Shown here: piece by piece, positions 39,701-50,138 of the stretch
How the letters are laid out: each line of letters starts with the position of its first letter
How positions within the stretch are numbered: position 1 is the first letter of the stretch
From: Methanomethylovorans hollandica DSM 15978
GTDB lineage: Archaea; Halobacteriota; Methanosarcinia; Methanosarcinales; Methanosarcinaceae
DNA length: 64,000 bases
Reading direction: 5' to 3'
Assembly: GCF_000328665.1 (NCBI RefSeq)
Contig: NC_019977.1
Coordinates: 62,001-126,000 of the forward strand
Notes under the pieces: generated by a model
What the model saw: the letters and a program-made list of their open reading frames with translations, nothing else
What the model was told of the DNA's origin: nothing
Databases searched by the model: none
Translations under genes and position numbers: made by a program

Positions 39701-39984
39701 CAGCCACTGTCACAGCAAGGCGGCGTTTTTACAGGTTAGTTGGAAAATTTATTGGAAAAGGGTTATTAAGGGTAAAACGAGAAGAAGAGCAATTGAGACT
39801 TGGCATTGGGTTGTGAAAACGATTTTATATATAGTACAACACATTTCTTGAAAGTAAATGTGTTTAGTCCTCGAAAGGAAATTACCTCTACAGAGCCAAT
39901 AATTAAGTTTTCAGAAGATATTGTGTATCTTAAAATAAAAAAGCAGAGCGAAATTGTTTTTCGCCCTTAGTAGATCATATTTTT

Positions 39985-42090
39985 TCAGGTGGTCACAGTT
40001 AACTTCGGCCTTTGAGCTGCATTGGACCATTCTGAGCTATAGAATGCAATGTAATTGCCGCTCTCTGTTCTGGCCTTCAGGAAGAATCCGGTGTTCTTGA
40101 ACTTACCGCTAACATATTCCTGCACCAGCTGAGTTACATCGAAGTCATAGTATCTGTTACCAGGTACTGTCTTGGCCGCGAATGTAAGAGATGCGTACGG
40201 TGTAGCACCCTGAGCCCTTCCGTTCTTGTCATACCAGTTTCCTCCTGCTGTGGTCCATTTTGTGCCAGATGCACGGTTGTTCCAGCTTACATACCTTGGA
40301 TCCCAGTCAGCTGCTGGTCTGTAGATCTCTACCACTGTGTTAGAAGTGCGGGTGGCACGTGCTGGGTAATACCAGTAAAGGGAGAGAGTAGCCTTGGATA
40401 TTTTATCTGTTTTTTTGTATTTACTCAGATCGAACATCATTAGATCCCTGCAACTAGCAGAATCCCTTCCAATGTCCATATAGTTGTTTTTGGAGAAAAC
40501 ACTAGTAGGAGATGAAGTCCGCAGGCCATTGTCATGGGTAGGGTATAAGACCGATCCTGCTGTGGATTTCGATGGTGTGCTGGTCTTAGATGTCGGAGTA
40601 GATGGTGTGGTCTTTGTTGCAGCTGGGGCAGTATTGGCCTTGTTGACAACCGTTGAACCACTCGAGGATGGGGCTACATTCGCGTTATTGCTCATTGTGA
40701 ACCCTCCGCCAGATGTATCCCCATTCTTATTGTTGGAAAAATCATTTTTCTGAACTATGAACGTCGCGTAGGATGGCTGTGTGTTCCATATACCCACTCC
40801 TGAGCCGCTGACTCCACTCATTCCATCATTGTTCTTTATGACATTGTTCCTCACATGGGTGGTAAACTTAGCCTTTTGCTGTGGAACTGAAGACCATGCA
40901 TACCATTTTATTGCAGCATTACCGCCATCATCGAATACATTATTCTCGATGATAGTGTTATCAAAGTTCTGCATTGTGATTGCTGCATTGGTATATCCGG
41001 TATTTGAAGCATGCTGTCCTACTTTTGTAAATGTATTGTGGTGTATATGGACGTTCTTTGCCCTTATGACATTATCACTATATGCTGCAAACATCCAGAT
41101 ACCTGAACCCCTTATGTTGTGTATCTTATTTTTATAGATCTCTATATTATTGAAGGACAAAGTACCTGATCTGCCGGTTTTATCTATCTCTATTGCCGGT
41201 CCTGTTGATGTGCCGCCCCCGTCAGAATAGAATGTATTGTCATGGACAGTAAAATCAGATACACCGCCGGATAATCTGCACGCACTATTTGTCCGTGTGA
41301 AGACCGTATTGTATGCAACTTCACCTTTACTAGAGTAAAGTATGTAAAAGGCATCATGCCCCATTTTGTATACATCATTATGGGTAAAATCGATGTTGCT
41401 GCCTCTCTTTATCTGTACACCATCATTGCAACCCCATTCAAGACGCATGTTGGATACTTCTATGTTATTTGAATTTTCAAAATCGATCAGATTATAATAT
41501 CCTCTTCCAAAAGAAACACCCTGACTTTCGCTGTTCCCATCTATAGTAAAACCAGTGATCACGATATTCTTTGCTCCGGTATCACCCCGGATCATTGGAA
41601 CACCGCTGGACCAACCTGCCTTTGGAACAAGTTTTATTTCAGCAGTGGAGTCACCTGTGAGTTTTGTGTTTGAGCCGATTTTAAGAGTGCTATCTATCCA
41701 GTATGTATTTGGACCCCTTAGATGTACAGTACCGCCACCAGTACTTTTTACGTATGCAAGTGCTTTATTTATTTCAACATGATCATTTGTTCCGTCACAA
41801 ATGTAATCGCCACTTCCGCTCGCAGCAACATTTGCATTTGCTGCTGAAGATAGACCGGATCCGGCTATTGAAAAACACAGGAAACAAAATACTAATCCAA
41901 GGACGGAAATAGATATTTTTTTAAAGGTGGTGTTGTTTTTATTTTTAGAGAAATTGTATTTTGTAGAGAAAGTAGCTGCTGTTGAGTATACATAATTGCT
42001 CAACCATAAAGCAATTAACAACACATGGCGTGATTTGGCCCATCTATGGGCGCTAAATTTTTCGAAACCCTTAAAACATATATTATCCAT
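39985..42090 (-). CDS. Secreted right-handed beta-helix protein with C-terminal DNRLRE/disaggregatase-related domain
   Basis: Hydrophobic signal, parallel beta-helix repeats, T/S/K/P linker, DNGLR..RDLMMFDLS..ATLSLYWYYP..RPKLTVT; start uncertain. Confidence 0.85.
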   Translation of the reverse strand: MDNICFKGFEKFSAHRWAKSRHVLLIALWLSNYVYSTAATFSTKYNFSKNKNNTTFKKISISVLGLVFCFLCFSIAGSGLSSAANANVAASGSGDYICDGTNDHVEINKALAYVKSTGGGTVHLRGPNTYWIDSTLKIGSNTKLTGDSTAEIKLVPKAGWSSGVPMIRGDTGAKNIVITGFTIDGNSESQGVSFGRGYYNLIDFENSNNIEVSNMRLEWGCNDGVQIKRGSNIDFTHNDVYKMGHDAFYILYSSKGEVAYNTVFTRTNSACRLSGGVSDFTVHDNTFYSDGGGTSTGPAIEIDKTGRSGTLSFNNIEIYKNKIHNIRGSGIWMFAAYSDNVIRAKNVHIHHNTFTKVGQHASNTGYTNAAITMQNFDNTIIENNVFDDGGNAAIKWYAWSSVPQQKAKFTTHVRNNVIKNNDGMSGVSGSGVGIWNTQPSYATFIVQKNDFSNNKNGDTSGGGFTMSNNANVAPSSSGSTVVNKANTAPAATKTTPSTPTSKTSTPSKSTAGSVLYPTHDNGLRTSSPTSVFSKNNYMDIGRDSASCRDLMMFDLSKYKKTDKISKATLSLYWYYPARATRTSNTVVEIYRPAADWDPRYVSWNNRASGTKWTTAGGNWYDKNGRAQGATPYASLTFAAKTVPGNRYYDFDVTQLVQEYVSGKFKNTGFFLKARTESGNYIAFYSSEWSNAAQRPKLTVTT

Positions 42091-43280
42091 ATTTACACCT
42101 CTGTTTTTTTATTGGAATTATTTTGTATAATCAGTAACAACTTATTTTTGAGAGAACAGATCCAAGCGTGAACAAATATCTATGATCATGATAGATGCAG
42201 TAATGAAATCCATTCTATCATTTATTATCCTATGAGAGCTGCAATTTGGGAAACTACAACTTACAGATATCAAATATTGTTGTGCTGATCATTCAATTAT
42301 CAACAAACGTTTTTGGAGTGAATTCGGATTAGGTTTGAGGTATATAAACATACTTATTCACAATAAATGCTAAAACACCTTATATTTTAAAATCATGCCT
42401 TAATAGGGGATTAAAGTAGATTCTAAATTGAAAAAAAGACTAAATGCCCTTAATTCTTTGATATACTTTCTTTCTGTTTGATTAAAATCATATGAATGAA
42501 GTATCTAACATTTACCATACCAAAAATAATGGAAAAAAGGAATCTTTGAAGCTGGGTAAGGAAACCCACATGAACTTATTAATACAAACAGTCTTACAAG
42601 GTATTTCAAATTGAATTTGATAGCTTTATATGAATCAATATGGGAAAATATTTGTTTTTAAAGTTTTATCAACTATAATAAAGCATTATAAAGTATTAAA
42701 TCAATGTTTATTCAACAATATATGTAGCAATTTAAATCATTTATACAAATTTATTCCATTAATAGTCACTAACATATTATTATATTTAATGGATAATGTA
42801 TACTAATTTTGGTGGAGCATCATCTTTCTTCAAAAGAATTGCTTAAATGGATTAAGTCATTAGAAAAAGACAAGATCATGCTTCAGCATCTCTATTTTTT
42901 TAATCATTTATATACAGGTCTCATATTGAAGATTCAAAACTTCGGTGACACTTTTTTCCAAACAACATAAGACATGCAATATCTAACAATCCTTTGAAAA
43001 TCATATTAAGACGTTCATATCTGTTCAAATCCTCGCAATAGCATTCAGGGCGACAGTACTATAGTTTTGGTATAGGCTCACTGATTTCTTTGTAACAATA
43101 AATTCAATTAATAAGCCTTAAATACGACATAGTATTTTTACAATGGGTATGTGCTATTTGTTGGCGCAAACAGTTTCATTTTATCTATAAAAAGAATGCA
43201 AAAAGGTATGTACTGTTCCTCCTAAAACGAGATTGATACCTCAAACACATATTCTAGTGAGGTAGCAGGAGGTCATCTTA

Positions 43281-44691
43281 GTGTCTGCTTCAATGGTGGG
43301 AATGAGTTTTCTTGTACTTGGTGTGTTTTTGCTCCTCGGGAAATGGATACGAGTAATGTCTCTATCCCTTCAAAAACTCTTCATACCCAGTTCACTTATA
43401 GGGGGATTTCTTGCTTTGTTCCTTGGTCCTGAGGTTCTGGGCACCACTGTTTCATGGACTGGCTATTACGGTCCTTCTCTCTAACGGTATATTCCCACAG
43501 GAGATGCTTGATGTATGGAGAACCTTGCCAGGACTTTTTATCAATGTAATATTTGCTACGCTTTTTCTGGGAAAGAAGATACCCGGTATCCGCGAGATGT
43601 GGTTAATAGCAGGACCTCAGGTTGCCTACGGGCAAACCATAGCATGGGGACAATATGTATTTGGAATACTGGTAATCATCGTTGTCCTAAGCCCGGTGTT
43701 TGGAATAGATCCTATGGCAGGTGCACTTCTAGAAATATCTTTTGAAGGAGGGCACGGTACCGCAGCAGGCATGGCTGCGACTTTCGAGGAACTGGGATTT
43801 GCAGAAGCAGGTGATCTAGCACTCGGTCTTGCGACAGTGGGTATCCTTTTTGGTGTTGTGATGGGTATATTGATCCTTAACTATGGGGTAAGGACTGGTA
43901 AAACAGAAGTATTGCAAAGGACATCCTAGATAGCCTTTGATGAGAAAAAGCAGGCCGATATCATTGATTTTGCTGCAAGGGAATCTGCCGGGAAGATCAC
44001 TACGAGACCTGAATCAATTGAACCTCTATCTCTCCATTTTCCTTACGTTGGAGTTGCCATAGGTATCGGTTATATTATTCTGCAGCTTTTGATTCAGTTA
44101 GAAGAGATCACATGGGGAAAAATCACAGGTATACATTTGCTTACCTACGTTCCTCTCTTTCCTCTGGCAATGATTGGAGGTATCATCCTGCAGGTGTTCC
44201 TTGAAAGGTTTGATGTGTACCAGACTCTGGACAGAAATCTCATGATGAGGATACAGGGTCTCTCTCTGGATATATTGATAACCAGTGCCATTGCGACCTT
44301 GTCCCTTACAGTGATCGGTAATAATCTGATGCCTTCATCATACTTGCATTTGTAGGGATAATTTGGAATCTGGTAGGATTTATGTTCCTTGGACCTAGGA
44401 TGATGCCATCCTATTGGTTTGAAAGGAGCATAGGCAATTTCGGGCAGTCTATGGGAATGACAGCAAGCGGTCTTTTACTCATGAGGATTGCTGATCCTGA
44501 TAACAGATCTCCTGCTCTCGAAGGATTCGGATATAAACAACTCCTCTTTGAGCCAATGTGGGTGGTGGTGTATTTACTGCAGCTTCTGTTCCTTTAATAT
44601 TCTACTTTGGTCCGATGCCTATGCTTATTCTGACAGCTATCATCATGTTATTCTGGCTCTTATTGGGACTCTTCTACTTCGGGAAAAAATG
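43281..44691 (+). pseudogene. Sodium:glutamate symporter (GltS/ESS family), disrupted
   Basis: FIPSSLIGG, FEGGHGTAAG, FGQSMGMTASG spread over five ORF pieces: three frameshifts plus an in-frame TAG at 43927. Confidence 0.85.
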
Positions 44692-45053
44692 ACAATGATG
44701 ATCTACAGCGCGGTATGACCTCGAATACACCAATAGATGTTCCATCAATAATTTCGCACTGTGTTCAGTGTAAAGCTCACCAATATCCCTCACTACCCAA
44801 TCATTTCAAGGTTTTCATTGTGAAAACACTTTACCGTCTTGAAAAAGTGTTTCAGGGACAAATATTAGAAACATAGAATTCAACAGCAATGATTAGAATT
44901 ACAATTCCAATCTTTTGAGTCCAAAATTATGGCACTAAACTTTTTTGTGAATGACTGAGATAAAATGATCAAGGTTTATGCCAAGTCTAACTCTTAAAAA
45001 AAGTAAGTAGAAGTTTATTTTTGATCATAAACTTCTACATCTTTACATGGAAA

Positions 45054-47774
45054 TCAGTTCCATTTACCTGCAAACGGGGTCACGCCTTCCCAGCCAAGAC
45101 CGATCACTTCATATCCGGAATCTGTCTGGATCAGGAAATTATGTCCCAGTCTGTTATATATGCCAAGTTCAATGGTGTTGTCTCCATTCCAATCACCTAC
45201 GATTGGTTCGGTACCTGCCCAGCCAAATCCTGCAATGTCAGGAGAGTTGGTATTGGTGTTCCATAGAGCCCAGGTACCTTCATTGTTGTATACACCAACT
45301 TCTTCAGCACCGTCTCCGTTCCAGTCTCCAACTACATGGGAAACTCCCTGCCATCCCAGACCAATGACTTCGTATCCGGAGTCTGTCTGGATCAGGAAAT
45401 TATTACCGTCGGTGTTGTAGATACCCACTTCAGTAGCGCCGTCTCCATTCCAGTCACCTACAACGGGTACTGTATTTGCCCAGCCGAAACCAATGATCTT
45501 AGCACCATCAGCACTGTTGCTGGTTGTGTTCCATAGGGCCCAGGTGCCTGCGTTGTCATATACACCGACCTCATCGGTACCGTCTCCATTCCAGTCACCT
45601 ATGACAGGTGTCACTCCAGGCCAGCCAAGACCAAGAACTTCATATCCGGAGTCTGTCTGGATCAGGAAATTGTTTCCAGCTGTGTTGTACACACCTAGTT
45701 CTTTAACTCCATCTCCATCCCAGTCACCTACTATGGGTTCAGTACCTGCCCAGCCGAATCCCACAACATCTGCGGCATTAGTGTTAGTGTTCCATAGTGC
45801 CCATGTGCCCTCGTTGTTGTAAACTCCTACGGTATCGTTTGTTTCATTCGCCTCATCTGGATACAGTCTTAAAGTAACAAGACCATTGTTGAAATCGGCG
45901 ACATATACATAATTACCTTCTACAGCGACACTATATGCAAAACCAGGTGTGTTGTATCTTCCAGCCTCAGTTGGTGTTGCAGGGTTTGTGATATCCAGGA
46001 TTACAAGTCCGCTGCTATCATCTGCAATAAATGCATGATTTCCTGATATTACTACATCCTGTGCAAAACCGGTGTCATACCTGCCCACAAGTGTTGGAGA
46101 AGCAGGATTCACGACATTCAGGATTACAACTCCTTCACCGCCATCAGCAACATATACATAATTACCCTCTACAGCGACTCCGTATGCATGTCCAGTAGTG
46201 TTGTAACTGCCTATGGGTGTTGCTAAGATCGGATTAGTAACATCCATGATTACAAGACCAGCATCTCCGTCTGCTATGTATGCATAATTGCCTTCTACAG
46301 CAACATCTTCTGCATTTCCTGCAGTATCATAACTGTTTCTGGCCACTGGTGCAGCCGGATTTGAAATGTCTACAGTCACAAGTCCACTGCTATTAAGCGC
46401 AACGTATGCATAATTTCCTGATATTGCAATGCCAAATGCCTGACCAAATGTAGCAAGATTGCCTGCGAGCCTTGGTGTAGTCGGATCAGTTATGTCTACA
46501 ACTACAAGACCACTTCTTCCATCAGCAACATATGCATGGTTTCCTGAAATAGCGACATCGTGTCCATATCCCGTGGTAATATAACTGCCTGCGCTGGTTG
46601 GTGCAGCTGGATTACTTATATCTACTACCATAAGGCCCATGAAACCATTGGCCACGTATGCATGATTGCCCGATATGGCCACTCCATTTGCAAATCCTGA
46701 AGTGGTACTGTAAAGACCTACTCTGTTTGGACTTGATGGGCTTGTAACGTCCAGAACTGCAAGACCACTTCTACCGTAGGCTACATAAGCATAGTTTCCT
46801 GATACATCAACACAATAAGCATTTGAAGCGTCAATGTTATGTGTTCCTGTAGGAACTGGTGATTCCGGGTTCGTGATATCTACTATTACAAGTCCGTTTA
46901 TTCCGTCTGCTATGTATGTATGGTTACCTGATACGGTTACGTATGTTGCAAAACCATTGGTTTCATAAATTGTTGCAAGGCTTGGTGCTGCCTTATTTGC
47001 AACATTGATGATTGCAAGTCCATTTGTCCCGTCAGCTACGTATGCATAGTTTCCTGATACGGCAACGTCTGTTGCAACTCCGTCAGTATCCAAGGACCCT
47101 GCAAGTACTGGTATATTTGGATTTGTTATATCAATTATCACAAGGCCTGTGCTACCATCTGCAACATATGCATAGTTGTCTCTTATATCAACTTTATATG
47201 CATAACCAGAAGTATTATAGGTTCCTAAGCGGACCGGTTCTTCTGGATTTGTTATATCCACAACTACAAGGCCTCTGACGCCACTGGCTAAGTATGCATA
47301 ATTGCCTGATATCGCAACACCGGATCCGAATATGGAACCAGAAGTTCCTGAAATAGTTGGTGCTGCCGGGTTAGTGATATTCACTATTGTCAGGCCATTT
47401 TGTCCATTTGCCACATATGCATAATTTCCTGATATGACAATGTTGTTGACCAGTGATGGAGTGGTAACCCTTCCTACTTCTACAGGATTGGCAGTATCAG
47501 TCATATCCACTATCATCATGTCCTGTCCTTGACCGACATATGAATAATTACCGTTTACAACAGCTGTGGCAACGCTCCCTCCTCGGTGGGCGACGAAATC
47601 CTCTCCTTCTGGTGTCAGAAGGGAATTGGTTATAATATTAGTATCATAGGTATTTTCATTATATTGACTTACAAAATCTATTTTGAGTTCCTCAGCTGCA
47701 CTGATCCCCGGGATCATCAGCATTAAAATTACTGCGACTCCTAAATAGATCGATCCACTTAACTTGAGTTGCAT
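45054..47774 (-). CDS. Secreted/surface protein with LVIVD repeats and C-terminal GDWNGDG (FG-GAP-like) repeats
   Basis: Signal peptide; about 13 V.VSGNYAYVADG..GLVIVDITNP..P repeats; three ~87-90-aa C-terminal units. Confidence 0.9.
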   Translation of the reverse strand: MQLKLSGSIYLGVAVILMLMIPGISAAEELKIDFVSQYNENTYDTNIITNSLLTPEGEDFVAHRGGSVATAVVNGNYSYVGQGQDMMIVDMTDTANPVEVGRVTTPSLVNNIVISGNYAYVANGQNGLTIVNITNPAAPTISGTSGSIFGSGVAISGNYAYLASGVRGLVVVDITNPEEPVRLGTYNTSGYAYKVDIRDNYAYVADGSTGLVIIDITNPNIPVLAGSLDTDGVATDVAVSGNYAYVADGTNGLAIINVANKAAPSLATIYETNGFATYVTVSGNHTYIADGINGLVIVDITNPESPVPTGTHNIDASNAYCVDVSGNYAYVAYGRSGLAVLDVTSPSSPNRVGLYSTTSGFANGVAISGNHAYVANGFMGLMVVDISNPAAPTSAGSYITTGYGHDVAISGNHAYVADGRSGLVVVDITDPTTPRLAGNLATFGQAFGIAISGNYAYVALNSSGLVTVDISNPAAPVARNSYDTAGNAEDVAVEGNYAYIADGDAGLVIMDVTNPILATPIGSYNTTGHAYGVAVEGNYVYVADGGEGVVILNVVNPASPTLVGRYDTGFAQDVVISGNHAFIADDSSGLVILDITNPATPTEAGRYNTPGFAYSVAVEGNYVYVADFNNGLVTLRLYPDEANETNDTVGVYNNEGTWALWNTNTNAADVVGFGWAGTEPIVGDWDGDGVKELGVYNTAGNNFLIQTDSGYEVLGLGWPGVTPVIGDWNGDGTDEVGVYDNAGTWALWNTTSNSADGAKIIGFGWANTVPVVGDWNGDGATEVGIYNTDGNNFLIQTDSGYEVIGLGWQGVSHVVGDWNGDGAEEVGVYNNEGTWALWNTNTNSPDIAGFGWAGTEPIVGDWNGDNTIELGIYNRLGHNFLIQTDSGYEVIGLGWEGVTPFAGKWN
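45060..45830 (-). repeat. Three tandem ~261-270 bp intragenic repeats
   Basis: tatccggartctgtctggatcaggaaatt recurs at 45112, 45373 and 45643. Confidence 0.85.
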
Positions 47775-48339
47775 TTTATCCCTCCAGGTTTATTGTTCTA
47801 TCAGCAAATTGATTTTCAGATACCTTTTTGTTATAGGTATTTTAGTTTATTATGGCATGCTTTCTTTAATAGAAAGCATAATGCTATCTCTCCTATGTGT
47901 GAGCATGGATCGAAAAGCTTCTTTGAAGCATTTCGTCCTTCTGAAAATGATACTTACGACCGCTTGAAACAATTATCGCTACGATCAGAAGTACAACAGG
48001 AATACAAAACCTGTTTTTGCATGATCGATTCCACTTTTATTTTTAATACTCCGCCTCTGAATGGAGCTTTACTCATATATAAGTATATGCCTTTTTTATA
48101 TGCCTGCCCTTAGTATTTAAAAAGAGTGGTGTGAATAAAGTATGTAAATATTACTAATTTTTGCTACCAGATCCACACTTTAATATAACTTTAATATATC
48201 TTGTATGTCTGTCATATGTCAAAAACAAGATATGGGTCTGTGATCCCAGTAATAAATTATTGTTGCTCAGATCTCACATAATTCTTTATAATTTCATGTA
48301 TAATTTCATGTGATAAAATAAATACATAGGTGATCATCT

Positions 48340-49575
48340 TTGCTCAGATTGTACAATAGCATGACGCAGGTTCTTGAAGTATTTATACCACATGAGAATG
48401 GAAAAGTAAAGATGTTCACATGTGGTCCATCTATCTACCAGCCAGCACATCTGGGGAATTACCGTACATTTCTTTTTGAAGACATTCTTTTACGCTATCT
48501 GGAATTCTCCGGGTATAATGTGGAAAGGACTCTCAATTTCACAGATATCGAGGATAAGACTATAATTGAGGCAAAGAAGAACCTTACAGGTATTTTCACT
48601 CTTACTAACAGTTGTGCTGCCAAATTCTTTATGGATATTGCTGATCTTGAGATTAAAAAACCCACATACAATCCCAGATCTTCTACTTCAGTGGAGATGG
48701 CTGTAAAAATAATCGAAAGGTTACTGCAGAATGGACACGCTTATTGGCATAAAGGGAACGTTTATTTTGATATACGTTCCGTCAAAGATTTTGGAAAACT
48801 GAGCCATCTTAAAAGTTCTGACTGGCCTGCAAAGATAAGGCGTTTTCACAGAGACACCTATCCGGGTAATAACTGGAACATAGGTGATTTTATTCTCTGG
48901 CATGGGCATCGCACTGAAGAGGGTTTATCCTGGGAGTCACCTTTGGGAAGGGGCAGACCTTCGTGGAACATCCAGGACCCTGCAATGCTATGTGATACAC
49001 TCGGTCCCACAGTTGATATCTGGTGTGGCGGTGAAGATAATATTGTAAGGCATCACGATTACAATATAGCGGTAATGGAATCCGTTACTGGAAAAAAACT
49101 TTCCAGTTACTGGTTGCACGGTGCCCATTTATTAGTTGAAGGAAAGAAAATGTCCAAGAGCAGGGGTAATGTCATTTATCCGGAAAACTTGCTTACAAAT
49201 GGCTATTCCGGAAAAGAGATACGTTTTTTCCTTATATATGGTCATTATAGGGAGCGTTTGAACTTTACCTCAAAGTCTATGGAACAAAAGGCTCAGCGTT
49301 TAAGGGATCTTCTAGTGATCATAGACAAACTGAAGAAGACATCGCCACTTAAAAACCTGGAAAACAACACAGCCTCAGAAATAATAAAAGAAATGATTCC
49401 TATATTTAACAGCCACATGGATAATGATCTTGATGTGCTTTCGGCTTTTGACAGTCTGGAAGGTGCAATCGTAAAACTTGGTTATATGCAGGATCAAGGA
49501 AAGATAGGAAAAAGAAATATTGAAGATATCATGTTTTCTCTTGCACAGATCAATACAGTACTAAAAGTGTTGTGA
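48340..49575 (+). CDS. Cysteinyl-tRNA synthetase-like protein (divergent, C-terminally short paralogue)
   Basis: TCGP, HLGN (HIGH), NFTDIEDK, DFILW, GRPSW, KMSKS; Zn and substrate motifs altered. Confidence 0.85.
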   Translation: MLRLYNSMTQVLEVFIPHENGKVKMFTCGPSIYQPAHLGNYRTFLFEDILLRYLEFSGYNVERTLNFTDIEDKTIIEAKKNLTGIFTLTNSCAAKFFMDIADLEIKKPTYNPRSSTSVEMAVKIIERLLQNGHAYWHKGNVYFDIRSVKDFGKLSHLKSSDWPAKIRRFHRDTYPGNNWNIGDFILWHGHRTEEGLSWESPLGRGRPSWNIQDPAMLCDTLGPTVDIWCGGEDNIVRHHDYNIAVMESVTGKKLSSYWLHGAHLLVEGKKMSKSRGNVIYPENLLTNGYSGKEIRFFLIYGHYRERLNFTSKSMEQKAQRLRDLLVIIDKLKKTSPLKNLENNTASEIIKEMIPIFNSHMDNDLDVLSAFDSLEGAIVKLGYMQDQGKIGKRNIEDIMFSLAQINTVLKVL

Positions 49576-49945
49576 TATTGTATAGACCCGGGCTGTATCA
49601 AGTTCTTTCTTCGTGGGTGACTTCCCAAAAATGCATAAACATGAAAATGTACTTAACTCTTAACAAAATGTACTGAACATTAAACCCATTTTTTCAGATA
49701 TACTGTATAATATGTGTATATGTTGAATGATCTCGATAAATACTCTAACCATCGGTTTATCGCTAGAAATGTACTGCATCGAATGCACAAAGCGATATTT
49801 ATTTCAAAGATATATGGACCTGTAAGGAAGGAACCAGAATTCATTAAAATAATCGAATACAGGATTCTTTTAATCGGTGTGTTAAATTTCACTTCGCATC
49901 TTAATATATAAAGCGAAGTGAATATACAACACATCAGTATTTTTA

Positions 49946-50017
49946 CGTCCCGACCGAGACTTGAACTCGAGTCTAAGGCTCCGCAGGCCTCAAGGATATC
50001 CACTACCCTATCGGGAC
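49946..50017 (-). tRNA. tRNA-Arg(GCG)
   Basis: gtcccga/tcgggac acceptor; gaggc-ctgcgga-gcctt; gttcaagtc. Confidence 0.93.
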
Positions 50018-50138
50018 AACTGGTTTGATGTCTAATGTACTATTCAAATAAAAGTTTGTTGGTGGATATTGTGAAAGTGAAGTAATAGTCTGTTGTATTT
50101 AAAAAAAGTTAAATCCTGGCAAGTGAATTCAATAGATT

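Noticed and set aside
45060..47560. Periodic repeats as a CRISPR array or DGR template/variable repeats
   Set aside because: They are in-frame protein repeats, and there is no reverse transcriptase gene in the window
48286..48311. Tandem tataatttcatg duplication before the CysRS paralogue
   Set aside because: Two short AT-rich copies; cannot be distinguished from slippage
49586..49593. gacccggg as an att duplicate of tRNA-Asp
   Set aside because: Only 8 bp, not the tRNA 3' end, and no integrase nearby
49680..50003. 107-aa ORF
   Set aside because: Starts inside tRNA-Arg and has no recognisable features
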